From positions 1 to 62,700 of the forward strand of contig CAJODA010000004.1 of NCBI GenBank assembly GCA_905233745.1: a DNA stretch of 62,700 bases, given 5' to 3'. Position 1 is the first letter of the stretch. Every line of letters starts with the position of its first letter. The stretch comes from an uncultured Bacteroidales bacterium (lineage in GTDB: Bacteria > Bacteroidota > Bacteroidia > Bacteroidales > WCHB1-69). The notes beneath the pieces were generated by a model. That model was not told the DNA's origin, did not search any database, and saw only the letters and a program-made list of their open reading frames with translations. A program made the position numbers and the translations under genes. Shown piece by piece: positions 18,684 through 27,527 of this stretch.

Positions 18684-20885
18684 ATGAGAAGACCCCGGCA
18701 TATCTTGTCCACCTTCTGCTGTCTGTGCCTCATCTTGGTAACCCAGGCACAGCACACGACCGATGATTTCAGTTTTTTCCGTCCCCAAAACCCACCCTGT
18801 GTCATTAGTGGCGATACCCTTCTAATGCCCTGGGCCGGTGGGTTCAACGCCCCGCACTTCTCGGAAACAGACTTGGACATGGATGGTGTCAAGGACCTCT
18901 TCGCCTTTGACAAACACGGCAACCGCGTGCTCACCTTTTTGCGCCGCGGCAACCATTATGTATATGCCCCGCAATATGCACGCCTGTTCCCCGAATTGCA
19001 CGACTGGGCATTCCTCAAGGACTACAACAATGACGGCAAGCCCGACATCTTCACCTACGGTCTGGCAGGAGTGCGCGTGTTCAAGAACATCTCCGACAGA
19101 CAGCCAGCCTTCCAGCTGGTTACCGAACAGTTGCAGGCATACTATTACAACGGCTATGTCAACATCTTTGTCTCTCCCGACGACTACCTGATTGTGGAAG
19201 ACTTCGACCATGACGGGCACCTCGACATACTGAACTTCTGGGTGCTCGGAAAATATGTACACCACCTGCGGAACTACAGCAACGACCCGGAGCAGTTCGA
19301 CTTCCGCCTGGAGTCGGAATGTTGGGGGCACTTTGAGGAGGCCGCCGACAACAACACCATCACCCTGAATTCCGACTGCAACAATAAAGGCGGTGGCGAT
19401 GGGCAAACCCGTCACACAGGTTCTTCCATGCTGCTGCACGATTTCGACAGCAACGGTCTTCCCGACATCCTTATCGGAGACATAGACTACCCGAACCTTA
19501 TTGCGCTCTATAACCACGGGAGTGTCCGGGAGGCACGCATGACGATTCAGGAGACGGCATTCCCTGCCGGTTCTCCGGTGCACCTCTACTCCATGCCCGC
19601 CCCCGCCCTTGTGCATTTACCGGGGAACGACATCCCCGCCCTACTGGTGTCACCATCCGACCCATCATTGAACAAATCCCAGGACCTCAACTGCGTATGG
19701 CGCTATGACTACGACACCCTGCTGCGGCAATACACCCTCACCAACACCGCATTCCTTCAAGAGGAGATGATAGACGTTGGCAGCGGCTGCCGCCCAGTAC
19801 TCTTTGATTGGAACGGTGACGGCCTGGTGGACCTCTTCCTAGCCAACTACGGCAGCTTCGACAGCGCACAGTACTCCAACGGATTTCTCACCTCCCACTA
19901 CTCCTCTTCCATTCAATACTACCAAAACACAGGCTCAGCCACTCAACCGACATTCCGGCTGCAGGATCCTGACTTCGGCCATCTGAAAGCGCTCAACTAC
20001 CAAGCGTTACATCCTACTTTCGGCGACTTTGACGGGAATGGGTCCACGGATATGCTCTGCGGCCATGAGGATGGCACGCTACTGCTGGTCCCCCACCAAA
20101 GGCTCACCACAGGAGTGGGAGAAATCACCCGGAACTTCCAAGGCATTGACGTGGGCAAGCACAGCACCCCCACCCTCTTTGATCTGGACCACGACGGCCG
20201 CGAGGACCTCATCATCGGCAACCAGCGCGGGCTGCTGAGCTATTATCGTAACATCGGCACCAGCGGACATACTGACTTTGAACACGTCACTGACACACTC
20301 GGCGGTGTCGATGTGCGCAATTTCGAGCAATCCTATTTCGGTTACAGCGTGCCTTGTTTTCACCGCGATTCGCTGAACGGAACCGTGCTGTTCTGTGGTA
20401 GCGAGCAGGGCCGCATTTTCTACTATAAGGATATTGACGACAATCTTCCGGGGGCCTTCAGTGCTAGCGGTTGCGTTTGGGAGAGCGAGAACGCCGAATG
20501 CCAATACTGCGCCATACCGCTGCGGGAGGGCCGGCGCGTCGGTGCCGCCATCGCCAACCTTGATTGCGATGCCTACCCCGACCTCATCGTGGGCAACTAC
20601 GCTGGCGGAGCCGTTTTCCTCCAAGGACGCACCCCGGCCACTCACGAGGTGGCAACCCGCACCCCCGAACAAACCAACCTACGCGTGCACCCCAACCCCA
20701 CCACAGGCACGATATATGTGGACAGCGACAACCCCATCCCCTGCATCGATCTATACGACCTGACAGGGAGACTACTGTTCCGAAGCAACAACCCGGTCCT
20801 TGATCTCCACACCCTGCCCGACGGGCTCTACATACTCAACATCGACCACCATTCACGGGTGAAAGTGGTCAAAACTTCAAGATAG
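18684..20885 (+). CDS. FG-GAP/VCBS-repeat T9SS type-A cargo protein
   Basis: Multiple DxDxDGxxD repeats; HPNP...YDLTGR...LPDGLYIL...KVVK CTD. Confidence 0.88.
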   Translation: MRRPRHILSTFCCLCLILVTQAQHTTDDFSFFRPQNPPCVISGDTLLMPWAGGFNAPHFSETDLDMDGVKDLFAFDKHGNRVLTFLRRGNHYVYAPQYARLFPELHDWAFLKDYNNDGKPDIFTYGLAGVRVFKNISDRQPAFQLVTEQLQAYYYNGYVNIFVSPDDYLIVEDFDHDGHLDILNFWVLGKYVHHLRNYSNDPEQFDFRLESECWGHFEEAADNNTITLNSDCNNKGGGDGQTRHTGSSMLLHDFDSNGLPDILIGDIDYPNLIALYNHGSVREARMTIQETAFPAGSPVHLYSMPAPALVHLPGNDIPALLVSPSDPSLNKSQDLNCVWRYDYDTLLRQYTLTNTAFLQEEMIDVGSGCRPVLFDWNGDGLVDLFLANYGSFDSAQYSNGFLTSHYSSSIQYYQNTGSATQPTFRLQDPDFGHLKALNYQALHPTFGDFDGNGSTDMLCGHEDGTLLLVPHQRLTTGVGEITRNFQGIDVGKHSTPTLFDLDHDGREDLIIGNQRGLLSYYRNIGTSGHTDFEHVTDTLGGVDVRNFEQSYFGYSVPCFHRDSLNGTVLFCGSEQGRIFYYKDIDDNLPGAFSASGCVWESENAECQYCAIPLREGRRVGAAIANLDCDAYPDLIVGNYAGGAVFLQGRTPATHEVATRTPEQTNLRVHPNPTTGTIYVDSDNPIPCIDLYDLTGRLLFRSNNPVLDLHTLPDGLYILNIDHHSRVKVVKTSR

Positions 20886-20896
20886 CACACCTGACT

Positions 20897-21367
20897 ATGA
20901 TCATTTTCCACAACAACAAACCTATTGAGTTCCAAACCGAAGAGGCGTTTCTGCAATTTGCCCGGGACTTCCGTATCATCCATGCGGCAGGCGGCATCGT
21001 ACAAAACGAGCAACAAGAGATATTGATGATATTCCGCCTTGAGAAATGGGACTTCCCCAAAGGCAAGGTAGAAGAGGGCGAGCAGTACGCGGAAGCTGCT
21101 GTCAGGGAGGTGCAAGAGGAGACCGGCCTGCAGGGTGTCACACTTGGCACAATGCTGCCTAGCACTTTCCACACCTATGAGCTCCACGGAGAGCCCATCC
21201 TCAAGGAGACGCACTGGTACAACATGCGTGCGCCGAAGCAACCCCTCACGCCTCAAACTATCGAAGACATCAGCCAAGCCGTCTGGGTCTCCCGCAACCA
21301 AGTAACCGCCAACCTAAAGCACTCATACCCCTCTCTCGCCGCCCTGTGGGAAGCGTGGGGTGAGTGA
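20897..21367 (+). CDS. NUDIX hydrolase
   Basis: Nudix box GKVEEGEQYAEAAVREVQEETG. Confidence 0.92.
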   Translation: MIIFHNNKPIEFQTEEAFLQFARDFRIIHAAGGIVQNEQQEILMIFRLEKWDFPKGKVEEGEQYAEAAVREVQEETGLQGVTLGTMLPSTFHTYELHGEPILKETHWYNMRAPKQPLTPQTIEDISQAVWVSRNQVTANLKHSYPSLAALWEAWGE

Positions 21368-21385
21368 AGTTTGAATACCAAAAAC

Positions 21386-22765
21386 ATGTTCCGTATTATT
21401 CAAATCCTGTTGCTCTCCCTGTTTTGTTGCTGTGCTTCGGCGCAGAACATCTCCGGCTATTGGGAGGGCGTGTTGCACATCACCAAACGCGACTCTCTCA
21501 CCATCGGCATGCTGGTGGAACGGAGGGGCGACTCCATGTCCGTTGTGATCGACAGTCCCGACCAGTACTACAACGACATCGCCACCAGTGAACATACATG
21601 GAGCGACAGTGTCCTGACATGGAGCGTCAGCAGCCTCGGAGCCTCTTTCAACGGCAGACTCTCTGAAGACGGGCAGCACATTGAGGGCAAGTTCCGTCAG
21701 GGAAAATCATTCCCGCTGACATTGGAGCGCGGGCACGAGCGGCGCACCTTGAACCGTCCGCAAACTCCGCATCCCCCCTACCCTTATACAGAAGAGGACA
21801 TCCGCATCTACGACCGGGAGAGCCGGTACAGCCTCATCAACGGCACACTCACCATGCCCGCGGAAACGCCCAAGGCCCTCGTCATCCTCATCACCGGATC
21901 GGGCTGGCAGGACCGCGACGAGACCCTCATGGGGCATAAGCCGTTTCTGGTGATTGCCGACCACCTCACGCGACAAGGATATGCCGTGTTCCGCTATGAT
22001 GACTTTCCGAAAGCCGTTTTCAACAAATCCACCACCTACGATTTCGCCGATGGGGTCACCTTGATTCTAGACTCCCTAAAGCGCCGAAGCGAACTGGCTG
22101 CTCTGCGCACCGGTTTGCTAGGGCACAGTGAAGGCAGTTTGGTGGCTGCAATCGTAGCCGCCCGTGACCCGCGCGTGCAGTTCATCGTCACGCTCGGCGG
22201 CGTGGCCCAGAAGTGCACCGATGTGCTCCTATACCAGCTTCGCGTCATTAGCGAGGCGGAGAGCAAACTGAGCCAACAGGAGATTGACAACTCTGTGGCC
22301 ATCTCGGCCCGCTTGTATCAGGCACTGGACAAGGCCAAAAACGAAAAGCAGGCTGTGCGCATCCTGAACGACGCCTGGCAACAGATCTCGGACCGGCTCA
22401 CCCCGGAAGAGCAGGAGCGCTATGGCATGAATCCCGAAAACAAAGCCGCCTCGATCATGCAGATGTGCTCCCCATGGTTCTTTGCCTTCATCCACTTCAA
22501 TCCCAAAGGTTACCTCCGCAAAGTGAAATGCCCATTTCTGGCCCTTGGGGGAGAAAAGGATCTGCAAGTGGATGCCGTGGCCAACAACCTGCTGTTCGAG
22601 AAGTACCTTCCAAAGAACCCGAAGCACCGGTTTCTTGTCATCCCACAAGCAAACCACATGCTGCAAACCTGCACCATCGGCACCCCTGACGAATATGGCA
22701 AGATAGAGGAAACCATCAAACCTGAAGTATTGGAAATCATCACGGAATGGATAAAAGGACTATAG
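21386..22765 (+). CDS. Secreted alpha/beta-fold hydrolase
   Basis: GHSEG nucleophile elbow, GSGWQDRDE, GEKDLQV, NH; signal peptide. Confidence 0.88.
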   Translation: MFRIIQILLLSLFCCCASAQNISGYWEGVLHITKRDSLTIGMLVERRGDSMSVVIDSPDQYYNDIATSEHTWSDSVLTWSVSSLGASFNGRLSEDGQHIEGKFRQGKSFPLTLERGHERRTLNRPQTPHPPYPYTEEDIRIYDRESRYSLINGTLTMPAETPKALVILITGSGWQDRDETLMGHKPFLVIADHLTRQGYAVFRYDDFPKAVFNKSTTYDFADGVTLILDSLKRRSELAALRTGLLGHSEGSLVAAIVAARDPRVQFIVTLGGVAQKCTDVLLYQLRVISEAESKLSQQEIDNSVAISARLYQALDKAKNEKQAVRILNDAWQQISDRLTPEEQERYGMNPENKAASIMQMCSPWFFAFIHFNPKGYLRKVKCPFLALGGEKDLQVDAVANNLLFEKYLPKNPKHRFLVIPQANHMLQTCTIGTPDEYGKIEETIKPEVLEIITEWIKGL

Positions 22766-22888
22766 GCCAAAGATTGGATCCCCGTTCATTTTTCATCTTA
22801 TTTACACATTTTTTAACATTCATCGTATTAAAAAAAACATACTTTTGCGGCCTAATTCACAAAAAGAACAAATTAAACACAAAAAAAA

Positions 22889-23413
22889 ATGAAGAAAGTA
22901 CTGATTCTGATGGCAGCAGCTTGCTGTCTGACATTCACCGCCTGCAACAACAACAAACCGGCCGAACAGCCGAAAGAATGCACCGAAATGCAAGGCGAAG
23001 ACCATCCCTGCTGCAAGGACATGACCCCGGAGCAGAAAGCCGAAATGGAAGCTTGTAAGAAAGCTGCCGAAGACTGGGAGAACTGGGAGAACATCACAGA
23101 GGAGCGCAGAGTGGAACTGCTCAACGACCGCAAGGCCAAATATGACGAGATGCAGGCCATGAAGAAAGCCCAGGAGGAGAAGAAAGCCAAATTCGAGGCT
23201 GCCATGAACAACTGGGACAAACTCACCACCGCCGAGAAAAAGGCCGCTTTCGATGAGATGGGCTGCTGCGGAGGTTGCAAGAAAGGCGAGGGCAAATGCT
23301 GCAAAGGCGGCGACAAGCCCGGTTGTCACAAAGAGGGTAAAGCTTGCGACAAAGAGCACAAATGTGCCAAGGAGAAAGGATGTGCCAAAGAGAAAGAATG
23401 CCCCAAGCACTAA
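22889..23413 (+). CDS. Lipoprotein with helical repeats and a Cys/Lys-rich C-terminal tail
   Basis: FTAC lipobox; two WE/WD-x-LTxE-like helical repeats; 10 Cys in the last ~50 aa. Confidence 0.8.
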   Translation: MKKVLILMAAACCLTFTACNNNKPAEQPKECTEMQGEDHPCCKDMTPEQKAEMEACKKAAEDWENWENITEERRVELLNDRKAKYDEMQAMKKAQEEKKAKFEAAMNNWDKLTTAEKKAAFDEMGCCGGCKKGEGKCCKGGDKPGCHKEGKACDKEHKCAKEKGCAKEKECPKH

Positions 23414-23453
23414 AATCGGTTTGGTTGCCCAAGCAATCAAATTCACGAATAAG

Positions 23454-23489
23454 AAAAAGCACCCGTGTTGAAAGCATGGGTGTTTTTTT
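23454..23489. terminator. Probable bidirectional terminator
   Basis: aaaaagcacccgtgtt-ga-aagcatgggtgtttttt between convergent genes. Confidence 0.75.
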
Positions 23490-23526
23490 ATTTGTAAGAA
23501 ACCGTTTTACAGTATTCCCTTACTTA

Positions 23527-23838
23527 TTACCGCTTGGCGATACGGCGGACTGGAATGCCAACAACCAAGAGAATCACAACACTACTGAGAATCTGCAAAA
23601 AGAACATGGCCGCTTCGCTGGTGATATACGGCGACAGCCATTTCTCCGTCAAATCTATGACAGGCACCACTATAAGACCGATAGAGAGACCGCCAATGAT
23701 TTCTGTGAGGTATGCTTTTTTGCGGACCTCTTTTTCTTCTTTCTGAAGTTTATCTTTGCGGACTTCGACATAGACAGAATAGGCATAGCCCACAAATCCT
23801 ATCAACAGCAGGACAATGTAAACAACTGTTTTCCACAT
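23527..23838 (-). CDS. Small 3-TM hypothetical membrane protein
   Basis: Three hydrophobic stretches in a 103-aa ORF. Confidence 0.65.
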   Translation of the reverse strand: MWKTVVYIVLLLIGFVGYAYSVYVEVRKDKLQKEEKEVRKKAYLTEIIGGLSIGLIVVPVIDLTEKWLSPYITSEAAMFFLQILSSVVILLVVGIPVRRIAKR

Positions 23839-23960
23839 AACTATTATCTATTATCTATTAACTCTCAACTCTCAACCATTATCTTCCCCCGCCCTGTTCC
23901 CAATCTCCGCCACATAAAGAAATGCCGTTCTGTTTTCGGCATGATCGGAAATTTGCCCTT

Positions 23961-23988
23961 GTAGAGACGTGGCATGCCGCGTCTCTAC
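23961..23988. repeat. REP-like palindrome GTAGAGACG...CGTCTCTAC
   Basis: GTAGAGACGTGGCATGCCGCGTCTCTAC, 28-nt near-perfect palindrome starting with GTAG. Confidence 0.75.
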
Positions 23989-24068
23989 GGTGCAACGTGT
24001 CTCGGATTTTCGGGGACAAAGGTACATCTTTTTTAGTTATCAGTGAACGAGTTTCGATGGCAAAAATA

Positions 24069-24117
24069 CACTTTTTCCAACGAATAATTACTGCTTAGTC
24101 GCACTTTTTCCAACGAA
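24069..24117. repeat. Perfect 16-bp direct repeat with 33-bp period
   Basis: cactttttccaacgaa at 24069-24084 and 24102-24117. Confidence 0.85.
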
Positions 24118-24417
24118 AGATTAATGTTTCACTCCAAGCATTGAGAATTTGCAAAATATTCTGCGGCAATTTGCGCGTTCTGCGGGAGAATAAACTCAGT
24201 AGATCACCATGACCAGATGTGTATGTCGGTGGTGATGCATAGCTGGATTAATATCAGGTGCGAAAATACAAAATATTCTTCTCCGCATATCTGGCTTTTA
24301 GCTTTCAGGTACGAATCACAGACAAAAGCTAACAGCCAATAGCCAAAGTCATGCTTGTAGGGTAGAACCATATTTAAAAAAAATTCTTTCCACATCTCGT
24401 ATCTCATTTATTTCTAA

Positions 24418-24471
24418 TATTTTTGCCGCGTGTTTGTTCAAAAATAGAAGTTTGTTCAAAAAAATTGAACA
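24418..24471 (+). promoter_or_regulatory. -7 box plus probable autoregulatory operator of the AbiE-type module
   Basis: TATTTTTG 24418-24425; GTTTGTTCAAAAA at 24432 and 24450; TGTTCAA-N5-TTGAACA at 24453-24471. Confidence 0.65.
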
Positions 24472-24475
24472 TCGC

Positions 24476-25075
24476 ATGAAAAATGAAAAAAAAGACAATA
24501 TGCAAAAGACAGAATTATTGATCACCTTTTATCTCTTGCGATCGAAAGAGAATGTGAACCGGACGATACGGGAAATTGCCGCTGAAACGGGTGTCTCGGT
24601 TGGGTCTGTACATGGTGTGCTCAAAAAATTGACAGAGCAAGGGTATATCGTGGAATCTGGCGACCGTCGCATCTTGCGCAAACGAGCAAATCTGATTGAA
24701 CGTTGGGCACATGGATATGCAGACGGACTGAAAAACAAGCTGTTAATCAACCGATTCACCTTTCTGACACCACAAGTCAGGGAACAGTGGCAAGACATCG
24801 TGCTGCCATCAAGCTGTCATTGGGGTGGCGAGCCCGCAGCTGCATTATTAGATGCTTACATACAACCGGGGAAATGGGAAGTCTATGTACCCGACAATGC
24901 CAATGCATTGATTATTACGGGAAGAATGATTCCAGCTCCTCAAGGAGAAATTTATGTTCACAAACAATTTTGGCCGGGCAATGAGATGCCGTTGTTGGTG
25001 GTCTATGCCGACCTGCTGGCAACTGGGGATGACCGCTGCCGTGAGGCCGCCGAACGTTTAAAAACGCAGCTGTAA
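24476..25075 (+). CDS. Type IV TA AbiEi-family antitoxin (wHTH + C-terminal domain)
   Basis: TIREIAAETGVSVGSVHGVLKKL HTH; WGGEPAA and LLVVYADLL...DDRCREAA motifs. Confidence 0.8.
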   Translation: MKNEKKDNMQKTELLITFYLLRSKENVNRTIREIAAETGVSVGSVHGVLKKLTEQGYIVESGDRRILRKRANLIERWAHGYADGLKNKLLINRFTFLTPQVREQWQDIVLPSSCHWGGEPAAALLDAYIQPGKWEVYVPDNANALIITGRMIPAPQGEIYVHKQFWPGNEMPLLVVYADLLATGDDRCREAAERLKTQL

Positions 25076-25076
25076 A

Positions 25077-25979
25077 ATGGAATATCATATTCATAAAACG
25101 GACTTGCAGAACCGGTTGCTTGCAGATACCTTGCAGGCATTGGCCGAATGTTACGCAAAGATGGGAATGGAATTGTATGTGGTGGGTGCAGCAGCACGTG
25201 ACATCACTATGCATTTGCATAACATACAAAACGTTCCACGTCGCACGCTGGATTTGGATGTCGCAGTAGCCTTGAAAAATTGGGAGCAATACAGTCAGCT
25301 GTCAGACATGCTTTTGCAACGCGATTTTGTGAAAGCACCTGAAAAGCAATGCTTTTATTACGAAGGTATTAAACCATACAAATATGAGGTGGATATAGTC
25401 CCTTTCGGGATGATTGCTGAACAAGAGGTGGTAGCTTGGCCACCTGACGACTCGCCTATAATGTCAGTCCGTTGTTTCAATGATGTAATGCAATATGCTG
25501 ACACAATATGTGTTGAAAACATCTTCTCCTTTAAGATTGCTTCTTTGAGCGGACAGTTCCTGATCAAACTTGACACTTGGTCAGACCGTCACACATCAAC
25601 GAAAAAAGATGCTGCGGACATGGTCTTCTTCCTACAAAACACATATGTGGCGTACGCTTTAGCGCGACCTGAAATACCGCCTGAGATAGATGTAGATGCC
25701 AACCGATTTGACGTGATGGTGGCAGGGGCCGAATGGATAGCCTCCGACCTGAAACAGATGCTCACGACTGAGCATCGGCTTTTTTATGCGAACCTATTTC
25801 ATGAAGAGGTGAGCAAAGGAGAAGAAAGTGCATTGCTGAACGACCTGCTTGACATGTCAAGCACCAAATACTACGACCTGTTCCGCCGCGCCTTGCAGCG
25901 AATGGCGGAAATACTAAACACTTCCCCATTCTTCCCAGCCACACATCCATGCGCCCACATTCTCAACCCTAAACTCTAA
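25077..25979 (+). CDS. AbiEii-like nucleotidyltransferase toxin
   Basis: VVGAAARD...RRTLDLD polbeta-type NTase motif, VDIVPFG, KKDAAD; starts 2 nt after the antitoxin stop. Confidence 0.8.
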   Translation: MEYHIHKTDLQNRLLADTLQALAECYAKMGMELYVVGAAARDITMHLHNIQNVPRRTLDLDVAVALKNWEQYSQLSDMLLQRDFVKAPEKQCFYYEGIKPYKYEVDIVPFGMIAEQEVVAWPPDDSPIMSVRCFNDVMQYADTICVENIFSFKIASLSGQFLIKLDTWSDRHTSTKKDAADMVFFLQNTYVAYALARPEIPPEIDVDANRFDVMVAGAEWIASDLKQMLTTEHRLFYANLFHEEVSKGEESALLNDLLDMSSTKYYDLFRRALQRMAEILNTSPFFPATHPCAHILNPKL

Positions 25980-26402
25980 ACTATTATCTCTCCACTATCA
26001 CCGCCGCTCCCCCTCCTGGGGGCCAATTCCACACTCAACTTGCCCTCGTCAGGCACGGAAATCGTTTTCTTCTGGTAGTCAACGCCTTTGCGGTGCGCGT
26101 TGTGAACATCCACAAACATCGTCACCGCGCCGGAGGTGATGCCCATGTCCTTAAGGTCAATCTCAATAGTACGGGCGTTCCAGTCGGTGATAGGCTCCTT
26201 GAAGGCGGTCTCGAAGCGGTAGGCCACGCCGGAGTTGTACACGCAGAACACAACGCTATAGCCCGCTTTATACTGGAGATACAGCTCATTATACTGTTCG
26301 TGAATGGTGTCCTTGCGGTACAGCGGGGTTTCTGGTTTGGGTAGTCTGCGACAAAATGGACAATCCGCAGACAAGGAGAAATATGACAAGGAGGTTTTTC
26401 AT
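25976..26402 (-). pseudogene. Secreted hypothetical protein, frameshifted just after the signal peptide
   Basis: ATG 26402 gives MKNLLVIFLLVCGLSILSQT then stops at 26289-26291; the coding-like body (PKPETPLYRKDT...) is in another frame. Confidence 0.6.
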
Positions 26403-26458
26403 GAGTGTAGCGTTTTGAAAACTACTGCAAAAACACAAAAAAATCCCCCCCCACCAGT

Positions 26459-26482
26459 GTAACCTTTTGTTATTTTTGCGTC
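26459..26482 (+). promoter_or_regulatory. Putative ECF-type promoter GTAACC-N14-CGTC overlapping a TATTTTTG box
   Basis: GTAACCTTTTGTTATTTTTGCGTC, 22 nt upstream of the sigma ATG. Confidence 0.55.
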
Positions 26483-26504
26483 ATCACTATGTAATAGGAA
26501 AAAA

Positions 26505-27527
26505 ATGGAGAATGCTGAATTTTGGGAAAGGATGTATGTGGCCAACATTGGCAAGATGATCGGGCTTTGTCACCGCTATGTCAATGACTTATCGTTGGCG
26601 GAGGATTTAGCGCACGAAGCGTTTCTCAAGGCGATTGAGCGTGCCGACACCTTCCGTGCAACAGGCAATTTCGAGGCCTGGCTCATGCGTATCACCGTGA
26701 ACCACACCATCCAGCACCTGCGAAAGAGAATTGATATGGTGCCGGTTGAGGACGAGGAGACGCCCGATGTTGCCACTGAGGAAACCCCGGTTTTAGGAAT
26801 GGACTTTACTCAAGAGGAATTGCTTCAGACAGTGCAACAACTGCCAGTCCGGGAGCGTACTGTTTTCAATCTCTATGCCATTGACAAACAGTCACACGCC
26901 TACATTGCCGACCTGCTGAATATCTCCATCGCAAGTTCCAAAGAGACGCTGTATCGGGCCCGTAAGCGATTGCGACAGTCGCTCAATCAGATGGCTCAAA
27001 AGCAAGAAAAACGAAAAAAGGGAGTTTTTGTCATGATACTGCTATCATTTTTACATCATTCCGAGGCCGCTCGCACCGACCGGATGTTCCGAAACGGGCT
27101 CTCCTCTTTGGAGTATGCACCGGCGAAACCGTTCTCAACTGTCCAGATACGGCAGGCGGCGGCAGAGGCCCCGTCCAGTTCCGGCGTGTTTGTGGCGACA
27201 CACCGTGCGGCATTAGCCACCGCCACCATTGCGGGGGTTGTCGGCGGAGTCTGCATCTGGCAAGTTGCCCGTACTGCGTTGGCCAACAATCCGTTGCAAG
27301 ATCCGATTCCAACATCCGAATCGTCTGTTTCTATTCCTGTTGACAGTATTGGCGAGAAAAAAATATCTGTTGAGACACATGAAGCGAACATGGCATTGGA
27401 AAACCGCGAGGCGCAAAGCAACACCAAAATCATCATCGTTACCAAAGAAGTTGTGGTGAACGACACGGTTTTTATCCGTGACACCGCCATCGTGAAAGAC
27501 ACGCTCTATTTAATGGAAAAGCCATGA
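26505..27527 (+). CDS. ECF sigma factor with C-terminal anti-sigma-like, TM and periplasmic extension
   Basis: AEDLAHEAFLKA / FEAWLMRITVN; LPVRERTVFNLYAIDKQSHAYIADLL; TM ALATATIAGVVGGVCIW; DTV repeats at the C-terminus. Confidence 0.88.
   Translation: MENAEFWERMYVANIGKMIGLCHRYVNDLSLAEDLAHEAFLKAIERADTFRATGNFEAWLMRITVNHTIQHLRKRIDMVPVEDEETPDVATEETPVLGMDFTQEELLQTVQQLPVRERTVFNLYAIDKQSHAYIADLLNISIASSKETLYRARKRLRQSLNQMAQKQEKRKKGVFVMILLSFLHHSEAARTDRMFRNGLSSLEYAPAKPFSTVQIRQAAAEAPSSSGVFVATHRAALATATIAGVVGGVCIWQVARTALANNPLQDPIPTSESSVSIPVDSIGEKKISVETHEANMALENREAQSNTKIIIVTKEVVVNDTVFIRDTAIVKDTLYLMEKP

Noticed and set aside
24204-24407. 67-aa minus-strand ORF
   Set aside because: No recognisable motif; may be a gene remnant but cannot be supported
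27368-27385. GTTGAGACAC resembling a REP half inside the ECF linker
   Set aside because: No matching right arm; could be chance
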